DNA of 64,000 bases, taken from Longimicrobiales bacterium. Lineage in GTDB: Bacteria > Gemmatimonadota > Gemmatimonadetes > Longimicrobiales > Gaopeijiaceae. The stretch lies in NCBI GenBank assembly GCA_965248195.1, contig CBDFIQ010000002.1, forward strand, positions 416,001-480,000. The letters run 5' to 3'. The notes under the pieces are model-generated. The model saw nothing but the letters and a program-made list of their open reading frames with translations, searched no databases and was not told the DNA's origin. Made by a program: the position numbers and the translations under genes. Of this stretch, positions 60,077 to 64,000 are shown in pieces (within the stretch, counting starts at the first letter, position 1; every line of letters begins with the position of its first letter).

Positions 60077-60214
60077 TAGTTGTTCCAGCTACGCCCGCTT
60101 CCGGACACAACAGTGAAGGGAATCGAGAAGCCCATTGCCATCTACGCGGTCGATGGCTTCGATAAAGATGGGAGCGGATCCTAGGCGAATCAAAGTCGCA
60201 CGGCTCTGGCGATT

Positions 60215-60835
60215 CTAACGCGCCACACTGAACGGCACCGTCGCCAGCTGGTCGTCGAACCAAATCGTGAAGTCACCGCCCTGCTGGGTCATGTTGGTAA
60301 AGGTGATGATGAGTTGGTCGGCCGCCCTCGCGATGGTCTGCACGGACATGGCGATGCGCAGGACGTCCTGCTCATCCGTGTATCCATACGAGCCCCACAG
60401 GGCGTTCGGGTTGGCTTCCCGGAAGGTCTGCTTCACGCCCCAGGCGGAGAAGATCAAGGTCCACTCGTCCTCCTCCAGGTCCGCGAAGATGCTGTATTCG
60501 CCGGCCGGAAGGCGCTGGTTGCCGAACATCAGGTCCGTCCCTGCGTAGAAACGCGTCGATATGTTGGCCCCGATTCTCCAAATCGGTGCCCCAAGGAGAA
60601 AGCCGTCTCCGTACGTGGGGCCGGACCCGAACATATTCTCACGGCCGCGTAGGATCGGGCGGCCATAGTCCACCACGATCCACCAGCCGCCCTCGTATTG
60701 ACCGTCCGCGTTGTACGCCCCGCCGACTTGCGTGTGCGCTTCTCCTCGCGGGCTCGGTAGACGGGCCTGGCCCTCCAAGCTGATAGGGAGAACGAGCAGG
60801 AAGGCTACGCAGGTGAGCACTCGAAGCATGGTCAT
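60215..60835 (-). CDS. DUF2911 family secreted protein
   Basis: PSPRG, VDYGRP, WRIGAN, LPAGEYSIF. Confidence 0.8.
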   Translation of the reverse strand: MTMLRVLTCVAFLLVLPISLEGQARLPSPRGEAHTQVGGAYNADGQYEGGWWIVVDYGRPILRGRENMFGSGPTYGDGFLLGAPIWRIGANISTRFYAGTDLMFGNQRLPAGEYSIFADLEEDEWTLIFSAWGVKQTFREANPNALWGSYGYTDEQDVLRIAMSVQTIARAADQLIITFTNMTQQGGDFTIWFDDQLATVPFSVAR

Positions 60836-60943
60836 CTCTCCTTGGTACTGGCTTGTCGGTTTTATGGACTATCGCTGGGCTGAGGCTGGAAGAATCCAAT
60901 CGTATACAATCGCGCTCCGGACAGGGTGCATCCGTGGCTCTCC

Positions 60944-63070
60944 TCAGTCCGGCAGGCTGAACACGTACAGAGCGTTTCCGTTACTCGGGTGCCGGATCTC
61001 GGGCGACACGAGCCTCGGGACGTTGCGAGGGCTTCCTCCTCCGAGTCCTGTAGTCACCGCGATGTACTGCTTTCCGTCGACCGCGAACGACGCCGGATGC
61101 CCCTGGACGGAGGTACCGAGACGGGTCTCCCAAAGGATCTCGCCTGTCCTCACGTCGAACGCTCGGAAGCGGCGGTCCAGGTCGCCCGCGAAGACGATGT
61201 CGCCTGATGTGGACAGGGCGCCCGTGATGAAGCTCGCCCGCTGCTCATAGCTCCACACTTCCTCCAGGGTGCTCACATCGTAGGCCGCGAGCTTTCCAAG
61301 GTTGCCGTCCGAGCCTGGCATCTCGAAGAAGAGGCGCGCCGCGCCCGTCCCTCCACCTCCTGCCTCGAGCTCGATCTCCCGCGCCTGGTTCTCCAGGCAG
61401 GTCTGGCTCAGAGGTGCGATCAGAACCCCGGTGGGCGGGTGGTAAGACATGGAGTGCCAGTCCTTGCCCCCGGCGCTGCTCGGACACGCCGGCGTCCACT
61501 CGTCGATCTGCGCGTCGATGATGTCGCCTCGATACGTGATCGCGCCGGTCGCGGGATCGATGTTCGTGAAGGCGTTCTGAAAGACCGTTTCAATGAATCC
61601 CAGGAATTCTCCGGTCTCACGGTCGTTCTTCCATAGGATCCCGTGCTTCCCGATCGACAGGACGAGTCGCCGGCCGTCCCGGTCCACGAGAACACGCTCG
61701 AATACCTCGTCCAGATCCAAGGCTTCGCCCGGGACGTGCACGAAATGCCACGCGAGCTCGCCGGTCTCCACATCCACAGCCACGGTGGCGTTCGTATAGA
61801 GCCCCTCATCGAAGATGGACATATGCCGGCTGATGGGCACCCAAGGCTTCGCTTGGGCCGTTCCCCAATAGGTGAGGTTCAGCTCGGGATCGTAGCTCCC
61901 CGTAATCCAGGTCTCACCGCCCTTCCTGAACATGTCGTCGAGGTCGCCCCACGTATCTCCCCCGGGCTCTCCGGCCTCGGCAATCGTATTGAAGCGCCAC
62001 ACGAGCTCCCCAGTGTTGGCATCGTGTGCACTGATGAAGCACCTGGACTCGATATATCTCGAGCATCTGGTCAACCCGGAGATCACCTTTCCGTCGGCGA
62101 CAATGGGACCACTCGTGTTCGAGTTCCCTTCTTGGATCATGGTTTCCCAGACCAATTCTCCGGTTCGGGCGTCGAGCGCTACCAGCCGCGCATCGGTCGT
62201 CGCCTGGATGATCTTGTCCTGGTATATGGCAATCCCGCGCATGCGCTGGGTGTTATCCGGGCCCGAGGCGTGCTCCCAGATCAGGTCTCCCGTCCGACCG
62301 TCGAGGGCCTGGATCACGTTGCCGGGATTGATCAGGTAAATGACCCCGCCGTACACGAGAGGAGCGGGCTCCGCGTTGCCGTCGTTCATATTCCACACCC
62401 ACTCGAGTTGCAGTCCGCCGACGTTGCCCGCGTTGATCTGGTCGAGAGGGCTGTAACTGTGAGCTTGATAGTTGCCCCGCATCATGGGCCAATCCGCGGG
62501 ATCTGGGTTCCGGAGCATTTGGTCCGTGATCGGCACGAAGTCCCGTGTCAGGTCGGCCACGGTGAGCGACTCCGACTCCGTGTTGGCGGCGACTTCGCCC
62601 ATGGTCTCGATGCCGAAGATCCATCCCCGGAGCTCGCCTAGCGGGTTCCCCTCACTATGGATCTGGACGTAGAGAGATTGGGCCTGGAGAGCTGCGACTT
62701 GCTCATTGGTAAGCTCGGCGGTCCCGCTGACTTCCCCTTCCGGTGAGGCGGTTACCTCGAGCGGCTGAGCCAGGGGCCCCGGCCGGCCGGGCGCACCGAA
62801 GTGAAGATGCGCCGCGGTGGCCGGTGAGCTCATCCCCCGATAGGTGCCCGTGACGGTAAGCCGGTTTCCGTCGAGCGTGGCCCGAACCTGGCCCAGCCCG
62901 GTCGTCGTGCGAAACGTGCCACCGGTGACCGGCAGGGGCGAGAGACGGGCTCGGAAGGAGTCGGCCTGAGCGGATACCTGGCCGGACGAGGAGAGCGCTG
63001 GGCCTCCAAGGGTGCCGCCAAGAAGGAATGAGAGGAAGAGTACCGACTCTCTAGCGATGCGAGCGTTCAT
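60944..63070 (-). CDS. CHRD-domain-fused PQQ-dependent dehydrogenase
   Basis: CHRD motifs TAAHLH and [20 protein letters not shown] motifs [22 protein letters not shown]. Confidence 0.85.
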   Translation of the reverse strand: MNARIARESVLFLSFLLGGTLGGPALSSSGQVSAQADSFRARLSPLPVTGGTFRTTTGLGQVRATLDGNRLTVTGTYRGMSSPATAAHLHFGAPGRPGPLAQPLEVTASPEGEVSGTAELTNEQVAALQAQSLYVQIHSEGNPLGELRGWIFGIETMGEVAANTESESLTVADLTRDFVPITDQMLRNPDPADWPMMRGNYQAHSYSPLDQINAGNVGGLQLEWVWNMNDGNAEPAPLVYGGVIYLINPGNVIQALDGRTGDLIWEHASGPDNTQRMRGIAIYQDKIIQATTDARLVALDARTGELVWETMIQEGNSNTSGPIVADGKVISGLTRCSRYIESRCFISAHDANTGELVWRFNTIAEAGEPGGDTWGDLDDMFRKGGETWITGSYDPELNLTYWGTAQAKPWVPISRHMSIFDEGLYTNATVAVDVETGELAWHFVHVPGEALDLDEVFERVLVDRDGRRLVLSIGKHGILWKNDRETGEFLGFIETVFQNAFTNIDPATGAITYRGDIIDAQIDEWTPACPSSAGGKDWHSMSYHPPTGVLIAPLSQTCLENQAREIELEAGGGGTGAARLFFEMPGSDGNLGKLAAYDVSTLEEVWSYEQRASFITGALSTSGDIVFAGDLDRRFRAFDVRTGEILWETRLGTSVQGHPASFAVDGKQYIAVTTGLGGGSPRNVPRLVSPEIRHPSNGNALYVFSLPD

Positions 63071-63243
63071 GAGATGCCTATGGGTTATGGCTCGGGATTG
63101 CCAAGTCCCGCTGCCGCCCGAACGTGGAAGGCAAGAGGGAAGGACTGCTCACGCTAAGTGGGGACGTAACGCGGAGCAAGATCCGCATCGGTACCGCGGG
63201 CATTACCGCTAGGCGATCGGGAAGGGCTTCGTCGAATAAGGCT

Positions 63244-63340
63244 CTACTCGTAACGGAGAGCGGTCATCGGGTCGACCTTGGTCGCTCGGCGAGCAGGGAT
63301 CCAGCTAGCCAGAAGACCCACCAGGACGATGGTGCCTGAC
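63244..63340 (-). pseudogene. C-terminal remnant of an ADOP permease
   Basis: [28 protein letters not shown]. Confidence 0.7.
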
Positions 63341-63342
63341 GA

Positions 63343-63678
63343 TCACTCGGTGCGGACGAACTGAAGCGCCTCGTCCATCAATTTTCGCCACCGCCGTGCG
63401 TCACGTCGGTTTACCAACACCCACTCCTTGAATACGCGACCGGCCGGTGCGAACGCTTCACCCTCGCCCTTGGCGCTGAGTTCCTGCACCCGGTCACGTG
63501 ACAGCTTTACGATGAGGTCGCCCGAGCGGTGATCGCACGTTGCAAAGAAGCCGCCGCCCACCCGCAGGCACGGGAACCCCATGAGCGTCCCCTCGCTCAC
63601 ATCGGAGCGACTCATCAACGCCGCCGCAGTCCTCCAGAAAAAGGCACTCGCATCCGTCTTTGCCTTTACGCCCATCAC
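63343..63678 (-). CDS. TfoX/YjbR-like small protein
   Basis: GTLMGFPCLRVGGGFFA, LIVKL, FKEWV. Confidence 0.65.
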   Translation of the reverse strand: MMGVKAKTDASAFFWRTAAALMSRSDVSEGTLMGFPCLRVGGGFFATCDHRSGDLIVKLSRDRVQELSAKGEGEAFAPAGRVFKEWVLVNRRDARRWRKLMDEALQFVRTE

Positions 63679-64000
63679 TCGACTCCCTCTTCGGGTTCAT
63701 ACCTCAGTAGATAACCCGTCGCCGCGAGGAAACGCGGCCAGGCGCCCGCGTCGCCAACCAGCTCGACTTCGCCTTTTTCCCGTCCGTCGTCCCAGTCGAC
63801 ATCGCCCGCCGCCCATCGCTGCATGAAGGCTTCGTCAGTGACCACACACAGGGTGGGCGACGGGGCGGACCCGGGCCGCTGAACGAGTCGCCCGTTCTGA
63901 AAGGAAAGTGTACTGACCGCATCACCCACCTGCAGCTCGAATTCGTCGTCGGGTAACTGTGCAATACCCTCGACGTACGTCACATCGAAGAGTTGCTCGC
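63675..64000 (-). CDS. Partial protein with SCP2-like C-terminus, starts beyond the window
   Basis: Frame stays open to the window end; stop overlaps the next start. Confidence 0.55.
   Translation of the reverse strand, partial: EQLFDVTYVEGIAQLPDDEFELQVGDAVSTLSFQNGRLVQRPGSAPSPTLCVVTDEAFMQRWAAGDVDWDDGREKGEVELVGDAGAWPRFLAATGYLLRYEPEEGVE

Overview
High-GC bacterial window; the PadR + duplicated orphan permease pair, several PQQ dehydrogenases and kinase/TPR remnants suggest Gemmatimonadota or Acidobacteriota (inference). The dominant structure is an intact tRNA-Ile(GAT) at 3342-3415 followed by five more same-orientation copies of its 3' 41-42 nt, at 13013, 25820, 30473, 33213 and 48732. Each copy starts exactly at the anticodon loop and sits inside conserved non-tRNA left and right arms. 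The sites cut 3.4-48.8 kb into five cargo cassettes of 2.7-15.5 kb, and no intact integrase is visible in the window, so this reads as a tRNA-anchored, integron-like array. Cargo includes signalling genes, an Fe-S/selenium/redox module with a probable CUAEP-tail radical SAM selenoprotein, a K+ channel, a PadR-permease pair, YeeE/YedE proteins and an ankyrin protein. Five IS copies (1 IS3, 2 IS5, 2 IS256) and many gene remnants are present. The flanks encode a Tat FAD oxidoreductase, PQQ dehydrogenases (one CHRD-fused) and a PaoABC-like molybdoenzyme. Product calls come from motif recognition only; no database searches were run.
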